Positions 28,266 to 39,591 of a DNA stretch of 64,000 nucleotides are shown here, piece after piece. The notes under the pieces are model-generated. The model was given only the letters and a program-made list of their open reading frames with translations. It had not been told where the DNA came from and did not search any database. Location of the stretch: NCBI GenBank assembly GCA_965205425.1, contig CBDBGZ010000009.1, positions 352,001 through 416,000 on the forward strand, given 5' to 3'. Numbering within the stretch: position 1 is the first letter of the stretch; each line of letters begins with the position of its first letter. The translations under genes were made by a program, and so were the position numbers. The DNA is from Nitrosopumilus sp. GTDB taxonomy: Archaea > Thermoproteota > Nitrososphaeria > Nitrososphaerales > Nitrosopumilaceae.

Positions 28266-29431
28266 TTTTTAGATGTAAAAGAATATTTTTCTTTAAATGG
28301 TGAAACTGATCTAAGTTCTTTAACAATTTTTTTTAGTGAATCTACTGTCTGTTCAATTTCTTTTTTATTATTAAAAATCCCCAGAGTTAGTCTCAAAGAT
28401 CCAGTGATTTGTTCATGGGAAAATCCCATTGCTTGTAAAACATGTGAAGCCCTCTGAGTATTTACAGAACATGCAGAACCTGTAGAAGCAGCAATTCCAT
28501 ATTCATCAAGTTTGATTATTAGATCCTCACCGTTTACACCAAGAAATGTGAAATGAGCATTGTTAGGCAATCTAGATTTAGGATCACCATTCAAAGTAAC
28601 TTCAGGTATTTCATGCAAGACTTTTTCAATTAAAAGATCTCGAAGTTTTGTAACATATGCCATATTTTCAGATAAATTGTTTTTAGCAATTTCACATGCT
28701 TTACCAAAGCCTACAATATTTGCAACGTTTTCAGTTCCAGAGCGCAAGCCATGCTCTTGACCGCCACCTAAAATTACAGGATCAATTTTGATACCATTTT
28801 TGATGTATAATGCACCAATACCCTTCGGACCATGAAGTTTATGAGAAGAAATAGATAGTAAATCTATGCCTAATTCTTTAACATCAATAGGCATCTTGCC
28901 AATTGCTTGGACAGCATCAGTATGAAAAGGGATTTTTTTCTCCTGGCAAATTTGAGATATTTCAAAAATTTTTTGAACAGTCCCGACCTCATTGTTTCCG
29001 AACATTATTGAAACAAGGCAAGTATTTTCAGATACACGACTTTGCAGCTCAGATAAATTTATTATTCCAAATTTATCAACTGGCAAATATTCAATTTCCA
29101 ATCCATTTTGAGATAATTTTTTACAAGGTTCTAAAATAGCATCGTGTTCAATTGAGGAAGTAATAATTTTGTTAGATGTATCGTTAACAACGATTCCTCT
29201 CAAAACAGTATTGTTTGATTCGGTACCTCCAGAAGTAATCAAAATTTCAGAAGGTTCTGCATTGATTAAAAATGCAATTTGTTTTCTAGCTTTCTCAATG
29301 GCCTTGTGAGCCATTCTACCATATCTATGAATTGATGAGGCATTACCATACTGTTCTTTAAGATAAGGTAACATTACATCTAAAACATCTTCATGAATTT
29401 GAGTAGATGCAGCATTATCCAGATAAATCAA
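28262..29431 (-). CDS. iscS: Cysteine desulfurase (IscS/NifS type)
   Basis: YLDNAAST, SSHKLHGPKG (PLP lysine), STGSACS catalytic cysteine. Confidence 0.92.
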   Translation of the reverse strand: MIYLDNAASTQIHEDVLDVMLPYLKEQYGNASSIHRYGRMAHKAIEKARKQIAFLINAEPSEILITSGGTESNNTVLRGIVVNDTSNKIITSSIEHDAILEPCKKLSQNGLEIEYLPVDKFGIINLSELQSRVSENTCLVSIMFGNNEVGTVQKIFEISQICQEKKIPFHTDAVQAIGKMPIDVKELGIDLLSISSHKLHGPKGIGALYIKNGIKIDPVILGGGQEHGLRSGTENVANIVGFGKACEIAKNNLSENMAYVTKLRDLLIEKVLHEIPEVTLNGDPKSRLPNNAHFTFLGVNGEDLIIKLDEYGIAASTGSACSVNTQRASHVLQAMGFSHEQITGSLRLTLGIFNNKKEIEQTVDSLKKIVKELRSVSPFKEKYSFTSKN

Positions 29432-30225
29432 TCTGCAATCACATTAATTTTTCCCGGTTTATATCCTTCTGAATCAACTTCAACAGAAGAAAATCCAAGC
29501 ATCATTAATTTTTCAGTAATTTGCTGTAAGATGATTTCATTAAATCTAGGAATCATTTGTTTTTCTACTTCAATTTTTGCAGAACCGTCAATATCACGTA
29601 CTCGTACTTGTTTTACATTTGTCAGTTGTTTAACAATAGTTTCACTAAATTCTATTCGAATTAATTTTTCTGCAGTTACTCTCTGACCCCAAGGAATTCT
29701 AGATGCCAAACATGAATTTGAAGGCCTATCAAATACAGATAATCCAATCATTTTGGCAGTGTCTCTAATTTTTAATTTTGAGAAATTCGTTTCTACAAGA
29801 GGGCTTCTAATTCCATTTTGTTTTAATGCCTCAATTCCAGGCCTATAATCACCTAAATCATCAATATTAGTACCATCAACAATAATCTCCACATCATGTT
29901 CGTTTGCCAATTTGATCAGATGATCTCCTAATTCCATTCTACAATGAAAACAACGAGTAGAATCATTTTTTGTAAAATCTTCATTATCAAGTTCACTATA
30001 ATCCAAAAAAAGTTGTTGAATACCAATCTCAGAGCAAATTTTTTTGGAGGATTCTAGTTCATCCTTAGATAGTGTTTTGTAATCAGCAGTTACAGCAATA
30101 GCAGAATCACCTAATTTTTGATATGCAGCATATGCAACAAGTGCACTATCAACACCACCAGAAAGTGCAACCATGATTTTATTTTTACCCTCAAACCAAT
30201 TTAGAAGATTATCAAGAGTGGTCAT
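29428..30225 (-). CDS. larE: ATP-dependent sulfur transferase LarE
   Basis: SGGVDS PP-loop, RCFHC, DYRPG, SNSCLASRIP. Confidence 0.9.
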   Translation of the reverse strand: MTTLDNLLNWFEGKNKIMVALSGGVDSALVAYAAYQKLGDSAIAVTADYKTLSKDELESSKKICSEIGIQQLFLDYSELDNEDFTKNDSTRCFHCRMELGDHLIKLANEHDVEIIVDGTNIDDLGDYRPGIEALKQNGIRSPLVETNFSKLKIRDTAKMIGLSVFDRPSNSCLASRIPWGQRVTAEKLIRIEFSETIVKQLTNVKQVRVRDIDGSAKIEVEKQMIPRFNEIILQQITEKLMMLGFSSVEVDSEGYKPGKINVIAD

Positions 30226-31447
30226 TAGAAACCTCCAATTTTTCAATTTCTTTTCTCAAAAATGCTTCTGTTTCCTTGATTGATTTATCAACAGCGTTTG
30301 AAATAGTCTTCAAGTCATCAAATTCTATTTTAAAATCTGTCTTTCCTTTGAAAGATGATTTTTTATAATTCACCTGAAAAGATTTGCCACTCAAAGTTAT
30401 AGAAACATTATGATTGGATCTAGGAACAATAAATCTATTAGAATCAGATATTCTAATCCCCAAGGTTCCTGTTTCCAATACTAGTGTATCAACTATTTCA
30501 TCAAGAATTTCAGTAGTACAAATTACAGAAACAAGATTTGTAGGCCTTCCTTTCTTTGTTATTCCATGATAAATAGAGACATCTCTAGCACCTTTTGCCA
30601 TAATTTTCTCAATCAGATTTCCCAATATTTCTCCTGAAACATCATCTACATTCGTTTCAAGAATCTTAACGGAGTCAATTTTAAAACCATTTTCGGACCC
30701 ACTGACAATTTTCAAAACATTAGAAAAATTTTCAAAATCTTTTTGACCTGCTCCATATCCTATGGACTCCACTTTCATTGAAGGATAATATTGAGCAGAT
30801 TCATGAGCTAAATTTACTAAAATACAGGCTCCAGTAGGAGTTGTAAGTTCTTCATTAGCATCATTTCCTTTAATTGTTAATTTTGAATTTTTAAAAATCT
30901 CAAGAATTGCACTTGCAGGATTGGACATTGTGCCATGTGAAAAGGTTATAGAGCCACCTCCAACTGCAACAGGTAAACAAATAATTTTTTCATCAAATAG
31001 TCCCAAATCATCTAAAGCAATAGTAATTCCAAGAACATCTACTAAAGTATCAATACTTGATGCTTCATGGAAATGAACAGATTCTGCAGGAATTCCATGA
31101 ATTTTAGATTCTGATGAAATCAAAGAATTAATGCAAGATACAGCAAATGAAGATGCTTGTTCAGAGAGTTTGATTTCCTTGGCAGCATTGATGATTGCAT
31201 TTTTAATTTCTAAGCCTTTTCTTTCATGAACATCTTCATCAATTTCTAGAACTAATTGTAAAGCTTGAATTCCATGTTTTTGTATTTTTTCAAAATCAAT
31301 TTTTTTAATTGTTGAATTTGGAAGGAATTTTTCAGATTTTTTAATTCCATCAATTATTTTATTTTTGTCAGATCCCAAATCCACCAATGAACTAAGAAGC
31401 ATATCCCCAGATATGCCAGCAATTTGTGGATCAATTACAATAACCAT
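30212..31447 (-). CDS. larC: Nickel insertase LarC
   Basis: AGISGDM, HG....VHFHE, ELTTPTGA, ETNVDD, KKGRP, ETGTLGIR. Confidence 0.92.
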   Translation of the reverse strand: MVIVIDPQIAGISGDMLLSSLVDLGSDKNKIIDGIKKSEKFLPNSTIKKIDFEKIQKHGIQALQLVLEIDEDVHERKGLEIKNAIINAAKEIKLSEQASSFAVSCINSLISSESKIHGIPAESVHFHEASSIDTLVDVLGITIALDDLGLFDEKIICLPVAVGGGSITFSHGTMSNPASAILEIFKNSKLTIKGNDANEELTTPTGACILVNLAHESAQYYPSMKVESIGYGAGQKDFENFSNVLKIVSGSENGFKIDSVKILETNVDDVSGEILGNLIEKIMAKGARDVSIYHGITKKGRPTNLVSVICTTEILDEIVDTLVLETGTLGIRISDSNRFIVPRSNHNVSITLSGKSFQVNYKKSSFKGKTDFKIEFDDLKTISNAVDKSIKETEAFLRKEIEKLEVSNDHS

Positions 31448-31536
31448 GATTAAAAATTATCAAAAATGCTTATAAATTCGACTAATATTTTGAGAATTTC
31501 ATTAGATTTAATTATTCAAAATTAACACCGATTTTC

Positions 31537-32451
31537 ATGATTACTATTATTGGATCAGGTAAAGTGGGCGGAGACGCTGCATTATTTTCAGCATTAAAAC
31601 GATTAGATGATCAAATATTATTGTTAGATGTAGCCGAAGGACTTCCACAAGGAGAGGCTATGGATATCAACCACATGTTATCAGAACAAGGAATTGATGT
31701 AGAAGTAAAAGGTTCCAACGATTTTGCAGATATGAAGGGCTCAAACGTGGTAGTGGTGGTAGCAGGTTCTGGAAGGAAACCAGGTATGACAAGAATGGAT
31801 CTTTTGAAAATTAACGCATCAATTGTCAAAAGCGTTGTAGAAAATGTGAAAAAATATGCAGATGATTCTATGATAATTCCAGTTACAAATCCTCTTGATC
31901 CAATGGCTTACATTACTTACAAGGTATCAGGATTTGATAGAAGTAGAGTATTCGGCATGGGAGGAATGCTAGATTTATCAAGATTTAGACAATTTATTCA
32001 TGAAGCAACAGGACATTCTCGTGATTCTATCAGGGCTTTAGTAATTGGTGAACATGGAGAAAATATGTTACCGTTGCCAAGATTTTCATCAGTATCAGGA
32101 ATTCCATTATCATCATTTCTTCCAAAAGAAAAATTAGATGAATTAGTGATCAATACAAAACAAGTTGCAGCTAAAGTAATTGAATTAAAAGGTGCTACGG
32201 TTCATGCTCCAGGAAATGCAATTTCTGCAATTGTAGAATCAGTTGTTAGAGATAGAAAGCAAGTCATTCCAGTTGCAACATATCTTGATGGAGAATATGG
32301 ACATTCAGATGTAACAATTGGAGTTCCAGTAATAATTGGTAAAAAAGGAGTAGAAAAAATTATTGAGTTGGACCTAAATGATGAAGAAAAACAAGTGTTT
32401 GATAAAGCAGTTCAAAGTGTAAAAGGCGCTATTTCAGGTATTGAGATCTAA
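31537..32451 (+). CDS. mdh: Malate dehydrogenase (LDH-like)
   Basis: [28 protein letters not shown]. Confidence 0.93.
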   Translation: MITIIGSGKVGGDAALFSALKRLDDQILLLDVAEGLPQGEAMDINHMLSEQGIDVEVKGSNDFADMKGSNVVVVVAGSGRKPGMTRMDLLKINASIVKSVVENVKKYADDSMIIPVTNPLDPMAYITYKVSGFDRSRVFGMGGMLDLSRFRQFIHEATGHSRDSIRALVIGEHGENMLPLPRFSSVSGIPLSSFLPKEKLDELVINTKQVAAKVIELKGATVHAPGNAISAIVESVVRDRKQVIPVATYLDGEYGHSDVTIGVPVIIGKKGVEKIIELDLNDEEKQVFDKAVQSVKGAISGIEI

Positions 32452-32484
32452 GCATTTTTTTATACTAACGTAGAAAATCCATCA

Positions 32485-33267
32485 TTGGAAATACATGAAA
32501 TTTTAGAGTCATTAAAAGCAGGAAAAATTTCAGTTAATAATGCAAAAAAACTTTTGTCATTATATTCAATTGAAGAGATAGAAGGAATTGCTAAAATTGA
32601 TATCAACCGAAGAAAACGAAGGGGGATTCCAGAAGTAGTTTTTGCAGAATCAAAGGAACTAGATGAGATTAAAAAAATTGCAAAAAAAACACTAGAGAAA
32701 ACAAATTCAATGATCATATCAAGGATTAAGAAAAAGGATTATCCAAAAATTATGACTTTTGTAAAAGGGTTAAAAGTGAAAATTAAAACAGGTAAAAATT
32801 CATCATCACTGCTATTATTTAAAAAACCAATTAAATTTCATGGTGGAAAAGTTGGAATAATAACTGCAGGTACGTCAGATATAGGAGTTGCAGAAGAATC
32901 AAGATTGATGTGTGAGGCAATGAATTGTAAATGCATTACAAGTTATGATGTAGGGATTGCAGGCATACAAAGAGTATTCCCAATATTAAAAGAAATGGTA
33001 AAGGAAGATGTAGATTGCATCATAGTTGCTGCAGGAATGGAAGGTGCCTTAGCTACGCTAGTTTCTACGTTGGTAGATATTCCAATTATTGGAATTCCTA
33101 CTTCAGTAGGGTATGGATATGGAGAAAAAGGGATTGCAGCTCTTGCATCCATGCTTCAAAGTTGTTCTTTAGGATTATCAGTAGTGAATATCGATAATGG
33201 AATTGCAGCTGGTGGAATTGCTGCAAATATTGCAAACAGAGCAATTAGAAAAAAGGATTCAGATTAG
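32485..33267 (+). CDS. larB: NaAD carboxylase/hydrolase LarB
   Basis: RRGIPEVVF, AGTSD, DVGIAG, AGMEGAL, PTSVGYG, VVNIDNG. Confidence 0.92.
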   Translation: MEIHEILESLKAGKISVNNAKKLLSLYSIEEIEGIAKIDINRRKRRGIPEVVFAESKELDEIKKIAKKTLEKTNSMIISRIKKKDYPKIMTFVKGLKVKIKTGKNSSSLLLFKKPIKFHGGKVGIITAGTSDIGVAEESRLMCEAMNCKCITSYDVGIAGIQRVFPILKEMVKEDVDCIIVAAGMEGALATLVSTLVDIPIIGIPTSVGYGYGEKGIAALASMLQSCSLGLSVVNIDNGIAAGGIAANIANRAIRKKDSD

Positions 33268-33325
33268 ATTAAGGGCTAACCAACCTCGTAAATGATATAT
33301 AACATACCAAAAAGAAGTTGGGTAA

Positions 33326-34906
33326 TTGTCTGGCAAACGTGTTGTACTTACTGCTGATCGTAGTTTAATGACAAATTATAGAGGGAATTTTCTTTACGGA
33401 TTTATTGCATGTGGACCATATGAGGTTCTACCGGAATGGGTTTTTGATAAAGTATTCTGTCCTTCAGTAGAAACAGACCCAATAACAGGTCAAGTAAAAG
33501 TTGCCCAAGTTGGATTAAGAAGAATTGAAAGTTCATTGATTCAAGGAGGATATAAAAGAGAGGATGTGTTCATGGCACATCCTGAAATGCTTAACAAATC
33601 AATTGGACCAGATACCAAAGTTGTTGGAATTAATGTTATGGATCCTCTAGGAATGGCCCCAGTTACAACAACAATGTCACCAGAGAAATTATCCTATGTA
33701 GCAATGAAATTCAAAAAAATGTGTGCAAGTATAATTCAGCTAAAAAAGAAATATGATTTCAAAGTAGTAGTTGGGGGTAATGGGGCATGGGAATTAGCAA
33801 AATCAGATAGAATGAAAATCCATGGTATTGACACAGTTGTTGTTGGAGAAGCAGATGAATTAGCAGTAGATTTATTTCAAGATTTAGAAAAAAATGATGC
33901 TCCAGAATTAATGCATTGTTTTGTAAGAAACCTGGAAAATATCCCAGTAATAGAAGGTCCAACAATTAATTCATTGATTGAAGCAATGCGTGGATGTGGA
34001 AGAGGATGTGACTTTTGTGATGTAAACAAAAGATCAAAGAAAGATCTTCCACTAGAAAGACTACAACATGAAGCTAAAACAAACTTAGATTACGGATTTG
34101 ATTCTATATGGTTACATTCTGATGAGATGTTGCTATATGGATGTGATAACAGGGATTTTGTTCCAAATAGAGATGCAATTGTGGATTTGTGGAAAGGACT
34201 CAAAGGCTTAGGTGCAAATTTCATTGGTACTACTCACATGACATTTTCTGCAGTTGCAGCAGATCCTACATTAATGCAACAAATTTCTCAGATTAATGAA
34301 CAAGATAAAACTGGAAGATGGCTTGCAACTAATCTTGGAATTGAAACAGTTGCACCAGATATGGTAAAGAAACATCTAGGAGTTAAAACAAAACCATTTG
34401 CACCAGAAGAATGGGGAAGTGTTGTAAGAGAAGGTGCAAAAATTCTGAATGAAAACCATTGGTTCCCAGCTGCAACAATCATTATTGGTTGGCCTGATGA
34501 AACTCCGGATGATATTCAATACACCATAGACATGATGAGTGACTTTAGAGAAATGAACTTTAGAGGATTAGTAGCACCATTGCTCTACCAAGACTTTAGT
34601 GAAAAGAATTCAATGCACTTTGGTAACTTGAACGAAGCACAATTTACATTATTTTGGAAATGTTGGGAGAATAACTTACGCGTCATTAATGATATTATTC
34701 CAATTATTCTCAGAAACAAAAGTTTTGGTCCACCTATGAAAGTATTCATGTATGGAATTCTTAAAGCAGGAACTTGGGCAATTATGAGATATCTGCGAGG
34801 ATTATGTAAAGACTTGTTTAATGGTAGAACCCCAGATGAAATAATCGACAAATATGCCAGAAGCAGATCAGTAACTGCACCTAAAATTCAAACCAAAAAA
34901 TTATAG
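33326..34906 (+). CDS. B12-binding-domain radical SAM protein
   Basis: RGCGRGCDFC CxxxCxxC motif; upstream VVVGG and VVVGEA segments. Confidence 0.85.
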   Translation: MSGKRVVLTADRSLMTNYRGNFLYGFIACGPYEVLPEWVFDKVFCPSVETDPITGQVKVAQVGLRRIESSLIQGGYKREDVFMAHPEMLNKSIGPDTKVVGINVMDPLGMAPVTTTMSPEKLSYVAMKFKKMCASIIQLKKKYDFKVVVGGNGAWELAKSDRMKIHGIDTVVVGEADELAVDLFQDLEKNDAPELMHCFVRNLENIPVIEGPTINSLIEAMRGCGRGCDFCDVNKRSKKDLPLERLQHEAKTNLDYGFDSIWLHSDEMLLYGCDNRDFVPNRDAIVDLWKGLKGLGANFIGTTHMTFSAVAADPTLMQQISQINEQDKTGRWLATNLGIETVAPDMVKKHLGVKTKPFAPEEWGSVVREGAKILNENHWFPAATIIIGWPDETPDDIQYTIDMMSDFREMNFRGLVAPLLYQDFSEKNSMHFGNLNEAQFTLFWKCWENNLRVINDIIPIILRNKSFGPPMKVFMYGILKAGTWAIMRYLRGLCKDLFNGRTPDEIIDKYARSRSVTAPKIQTKKL

Positions 34907-35224
34907 ATTTTCAATAGCAACATCGGCTATGGTGTTTCGTTTTGGAGTTAATGAAATAAAGTATACTTTATCTGCTCTTTCAATACTCTCAACTTTTTTG
35001 AATGATTTTGATGAAACATCAAATTCATAAATTCCAGATTCAAGTGTACCTTTTGAATATAGCATAAGATATGTTTCTCCAGTTGAAGGACTAAGTGGAA
35101 TAAATGACATTACATGATCTTTGTATGAACTAATTGGCATTGTATTTTTCATTGGTGGAGCAGCTGATGCCATATACATTAAAAGATCTTCAATTGATTC
35201 AAATTCTTCATATTCAATATGCAT
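34901..35224 (-). CDS. Hypothetical protein
   Basis: 107-aa ORF with ATG start and a TATA-like sequence upstream. Confidence 0.6.
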   Translation of the reverse strand: MHIEYEEFESIEDLLMYMASAAPPMKNTMPISSYKDHVMSFIPLSPSTGETYLMLYSKGTLESGIYEFDVSSKSFKKVESIERADKVYFISLTPKRNTIADVAIENL

Positions 35225-35274
35225 GAAAAACGATAAGGTGTTTCAGTATAATAACCTACTAGCGAAAAAATTGA

Positions 35275-36258
35275 TTATTTTCTAGATTTGATGTGTTGAC
35301 TAACTTTGAATCCAATTACTGCAGGAGCTGCAATATACATTCCCAAATTAAGAGCAATTACAGAAATGCCCAATCCTAAAACTTCTGCTTCTGAACCTTC
35401 ATTTGCTAATGACATTATAGATAATGTTGAAAGCATTGGAGTGATGAGTGTCTTTACTGTTTCTTTAAACATTGGGCTTTCTCGTTCCCAATCTGCAACT
35501 GTTGGTGCAAATGAATAGTACAATGTGTTAAAGCCAGCCATAAATGAAGTTCCAGAAGCAGTACTGAATAATGTATTATCTCTAATTTCTCTAAGTAATT
35601 GTACTTGAGGAGCTAATTCAGTTCCATAAGCTGCTGTTGCAATTAAACATCCACTGTCATCATCTATTGGTTCAGGTGCAACCACTTGACAAATTCCATT
35701 TACTAACTGAGTTCCTGCACCACATGTTGGTTCTGGTTCTGGTGTAGTTGGTTCAGGTGTAGTTGGTTCTACAGGTGGTGGTTCAGGTGTATCTGGTTCT
35801 ACAGGTGGTGGTTCAGGTGTATCTGGTTCTACAGGTGGTTCAGGTTGACCAGAAACCACTTGTTCTCCACCAACATAATTTACTGTAACTTCAGATTTAT
35901 CAGCACCATATTGTAATTTAACAGTGTAATCACCAGCTAGATTCCAAAGAGGACCACCAGCAACAAATCTCTTTTCAAATGAACCATCAGAGCTTGGAGT
36001 TAATTGCCCAATTTGGACAATGGCATTATCAGGAGATACGATGAGAAAAGTGAGTCCTTTACCAGATGAAGAATCATAGTCTGGAAGAGTTCCAGATATT
36101 TTTACTGATGCTCCATTTGAAGCAAGATCTATATCAGTGGATACAGGTAATGCAGGATTTGGATCACTAGTAGCAAAAGCGGGACCACCAATACCATAAG
36201 ATAAAATTGAAAATGTTAATAATGCAAATGCTAAGAATCCAGTTAATCTCATTTTCAT
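35275..36258 (-). CDS. CFI-box-CTERM surface protein with Pro/Glu/Thr linker
   Basis: Signal peptide, PEPPPVEPDT repeats, GCLIATAAYG box, C-terminal TM helix. Confidence 0.85.
   Translation of the reverse strand: MKMRLTGFLAFALLTFSILSYGIGGPAFATSDPNPALPVSTDIDLASNGASVKISGTLPDYDSSSGKGLTFLIVSPDNAIVQIGQLTPSSDGSFEKRFVAGGPLWNLAGDYTVKLQYGADKSEVTVNYVGGEQVVSGQPEPPVEPDTPEPPPVEPDTPEPPPVEPTTPEPTTPEPEPTCGAGTQLVNGICQVVAPEPIDDDSGCLIATAAYGTELAPQVQLLREIRDNTLFSTASGTSFMAGFNTLYYSFAPTVADWERESPMFKETVKTLITPMLSTLSIMSLANEGSEAEVLGLGISVIALNLGMYIAAPAVIGFKVSQHIKSRK
35729..35845 (-). repeat. Coding tandem repeat, 30-bp unit encoding DTPEPPPVEP
   Basis: TGGTTCTACAGGTGGTGGTTCAGGTGTATC at 35764 and 35794, partial at 35824, plus shorter variants. 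Confidence 0.85.
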
Positions 36259-36313
36259 TTTTGATTCGTGAGTTGAGGTATTTATATTTTCAATGAAAGA
36301 AAAATTGACCATA

Positions 36314-39300
36314 TCATATTCGAATTATACCTTTTTCGACTAAGTATTGAATTGATTTAATAAAATCCCCATCAGAAATTTGATCATTTGCCCACCATTT
36401 TGCATTATTTTTAATCCAATCAGGAATGTTTTGTTCAGAAATTGAAATTGTAGTACCTGAATTAACAGTTATGAGGCCCTCATCTATAAGATATTCAAGT
36501 CCATCAATAAATTCAGAGTCAGAAACGGTGTCAGATGACCACCATTTTGCATTATTTTTAAACCAATCAGGAATAATTGGATTTGAAACTACAAAAGAAA
36601 GAGTCTTTACAAATGAATTATTATGAAATAAATCAATTTTGTAAATACCAGCTAAAGAATTTTCATTAACTGAGATTAAAGATTTGAAACTTCCTGCACT
36701 AGATAAAATTGCACCAAAATTTTGAGTTTGTTCATCTGGTGTTGTAATTATAACATCTAATGGGATTCCTCGTCTAGGGTTATCTACAGTACCAGAAAGA
36801 ATAATTTCTTCAATTTGTCCTGAAATAGGTTTTACCACTTCATATTCACTAAGTTGTGCAGATGTATGAAATGATGTGGGCGTAGATCTCAACAAACTGA
36901 AAGTATTTGCATTACCGAAATCATCTCTAGAATCATAATATTTTGCATCAAGACTTCCTCCTGCTGAAGAGATTATCTCAGTTCCAGACTTGTTGCATAT
37001 TTTTGAAGGCATTTTAAACACCCCTTCAAAAATTCCTGTACTTGGTCCCGTCTCTACTAAAGTGAAACCAGTATCACCTAGACCACCATATGCTATACCA
37101 TCTACAGTACAACGTTTGTATCTAATGTCTTTGATCAAAACTTCCAATAAAGCAATTCCATCTTTTCCAACAGTGTCAACATTAGAGGAGTTTGGATCAT
37201 TGATTACAAAATAGATATCAAATAAATCATTTTCCAAATTTAGATCAGGATCATTTAATGTTAAAGTTACAGGTTGACCGAATCGGTAAGATTTTGAATC
37301 AGAAGAAATTATTCCAGCACTTGTGTTAATATCAGATTGTGACGAAGTGATTGTAAAAATTCCAGTAGCATCAAGATCAGAATAAGAAATTAAAATTCCT
37401 TCATCATCAACTAACCTGTCAGTAACAATGAATTTTATTTGATCATCTATTGGTTGAATGGTTTTGATAAACAATGGATCCAAAATATTCAATTGATTTG
37501 CAACAGAATATTCCATAGTCCCATCAAAGGTTGCAGAATTATCAGATGTTTCTTCTAATTCAAAACGATAAATAGAATTGTTCACATCATTTGAATTTTT
37601 AATTCCAAATGAAAAGAAATCAAATACTATTGGTTGTTTGTTGACTTCATTAGAAATTGTTACCACATCACCAGTTCCTGTAGAATCAAAATCAATTACA
37701 AGAAACACAGTTCCACTTTCATTGGAAATATTTGTGATATCTGCATCATCAATTTGGATAAATCCATGAGATGAAGAAATATCTCCAGCATCAACAATAG
37801 TAATTGGGAAAGTTCCTAAAATTCCAAAAGAAAGTGTGAATGAAGTATCGCTGAAATCAGAAATACCATAATCATTTTCAAATGATCTTAAATCATAATT
37901 TATCCAATTGGTTCCATCAGTATTGGATTCAGAAATATCAAGTAACGATGACGATAAAGTAGATGCTGAAATTCCCAGATTGATTGAAATCATTTCATAT
38001 GAACTAGATACATTTGATGAATCTATTACAAGTCGGTCAGAATTAGAATCAGGCACAGATGAATCAAAATCATCTCCGCCTACAAGAATAGGAGATAATG
38101 AGTGAAATTGAACATCTTGAGCATTCTCAAAAGTTATAGGTTTCCCAATTGTCAATGAAGGAATAATTGCGGTTTCTCTAAAAACATCCAGATCATCACG
38201 TGCACCTGAATTGATATTCTGATCAGGATCTACAAGAGTTACAGGAAATTCAGTGCCAGGTTTCAAGGATTGAAAACCATTTCCAATATTCAAAGTTGGA
38301 TTTTCTAAAGAAACAGTAGCTGATGAAGAACCAGTAAGAATTGAAATTGAATTTTTGTTATATGTTATGGAGCCTGTTTGTCCTCTTGGAGCATCATCTA
38401 AAATTCCCATAGTTGATTGATCATTATTATCTCCAGTATCAAAAATTCCAGAATTAGGACCATCTTCTACTAATGTAACAATTTCAGAATATGTTGTAGT
38501 TCCATCAGTTACACTAGTACTAGATTGTTCATCATTTGATTGTAATTCAATTACAGAGTTTAGATTTACAGATAGTTTTCCATTATCTTCAAAACCTATG
38601 TTAGAAAGATTAGAAGTTAGATCTACTAGTCCAATTCCTCCATTTGCAGAACTTTGCCCATTTTCATCAAATGCTTGATAGAAAGTAGACGAAGTATCTA
38701 CATCAAAAGTCCAAGAATCTTCATCGGTAGGATCTTGATTTAGTTGAAAATCATTAATTGTTAAAAAAACTTCAGCATTGTTTGGATAAATAGATCTATC
38801 AATTTCCATAGAGATGTTTTGGCTTTCATCATATTCTAATGAAACAATTTGAGGTGGACCACTAGGATTGTATTGGATTGTAACTTCACTAAATGAATAA
38901 AGTTGGATTAATGGCCAAGCATTTTCATCTAATCCTATTTGTCCAGTAGAAACATTAGGATTAGTATTAATTGATTTTGCATTTCTAACTACATTATTCA
39001 AGTTTGTTCCAGATGGAGATACAGTGCATTCAGAGAATGATGTATTTCCATTAGTTGAACCAGTTGAAAAGCGTGGAATAGCAAAACCATCAGTATCAGA
39101 AAGAGAGATTCCAATTATTGGAGAAGAAGTATCTCTACTACAAAAGACTCCAAAATCCAATCCTTCCCCAGATAATCCTACAGTAGAATCTGCTTGTTTA
39201 GCCTTGTCTACATTTGCAAAATATGCATACCAACTACCATCAGTTGCTTGAGTCATTCGTAATGATTTTCCATTAATAGTTACATCAGGTTCACCCTTAC

Positions 39301-39496
39301 CCTCATCAGTATCAGATAGATTTGGATCAATTACTACTACTTCAATAACCATTGAACCAGAAAAAGAATTGTTGAATTGTGAACTTTCTGCAGAAACAAA
39401 CAGATTTGGATTACTTGATGCTTCAACATCAAATATAGGAATAGACAATAATATTGAAAAAGTAGCCACTAAGATGAAATATTTCAGATCCAACAC
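36314..39496 (-). CDS. Large secreted acidic surface protein (S-layer-like) with C-terminal IPDWxKNNAKWW repeats
   Basis: Signal peptide; ET..N/STG.F repeats; two IPDWxKNNAKWW motifs typical of thaumarchaeal surface proteins. Confidence 0.75.
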   Translation of the reverse strand: MLDLKYFILVATFSILLSIPIFDVEASSNPNLFVSAESSQFNNSFSGSMVIEVVVIDPNLSDTDEGKGEPDVTINGKSLRMTQATDGSWYAYFANVDKAKQADSTVGLSGEGLDFGVFCSRDTSSPIIGISLSDTDGFAIPRFSTGSTNGNTSFSECTVSPSGTNLNNVVRNAKSINTNPNVSTGQIGLDENAWPLIQLYSFSEVTIQYNPSGPPQIVSLEYDESQNISMEIDRSIYPNNAEVFLTINDFQLNQDPTDEDSWTFDVDTSSTFYQAFDENGQSSANGGIGLVDLTSNLSNIGFEDNGKLSVNLNSVIELQSNDEQSSTSVTDGTTTYSEIVTLVEDGPNSGIFDTGDNNDQSTMGILDDAPRGQTGSITYNKNSISILTGSSSATVSLENPTLNIGNGFQSLKPGTEFPVTLVDPDQNINSGARDDLDVFRETAIIPSLTIGKPITFENAQDVQFHSLSPILVGGDDFDSSVPDSNSDRLVIDSSNVSSSYEMISINLGISASTLSSSLLDISESNTDGTNWINYDLRSFENDYGISDFSDTSFTLSFGILGTFPITIVDAGDISSSHGFIQIDDADITNISNESGTVFLVIDFDSTGTGDVVTISNEVNKQPIVFDFFSFGIKNSNDVNNSIYRFELEETSDNSATFDGTMEYSVANQLNILDPLFIKTIQPIDDQIKFIVTDRLVDDEGILISYSDLDATGIFTITSSQSDINTSAGIISSDSKSYRFGQPVTLTLNDPDLNLENDLFDIYFVINDPNSSNVDTVGKDGIALLEVLIKDIRYKRCTVDGIAYGGLGDTGFTLVETGPSTGIFEGVFKMPSKICNKSGTEIISSAGGSLDAKYYDSRDDFGNANTFSLLRSTPTSFHTSAQLSEYEVVKPISGQIEEIILSGTVDNPRRGIPLDVIITTPDEQTQNFGAILSSAGSFKSLISVNENSLAGIYKIDLFHNNSFVKTLSFVVSNPIIPDWFKNNAKWWSSDTVSDSEFIDGLEYLIDEGLITVNSGTTISISEQNIPDWIKNNAKWWANDQISDGDFIKSIQYLVEKGIIRI

Positions 39497-39591
39497 GATC
39501 CTAAAAGCCTATTTTATCACAAATAACGTTGTCGTAGGATTACTTCGTAGAAAACGGTAATACGTGATTCAAATCATCAAAAATAAGGGAA

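Noticed and set aside
35729..35845. Tandem repeat as a contingency locus or CRISPR
   Set aside because: In-frame Pro/Glu/Thr linker typical of surface proteins; no spacers.
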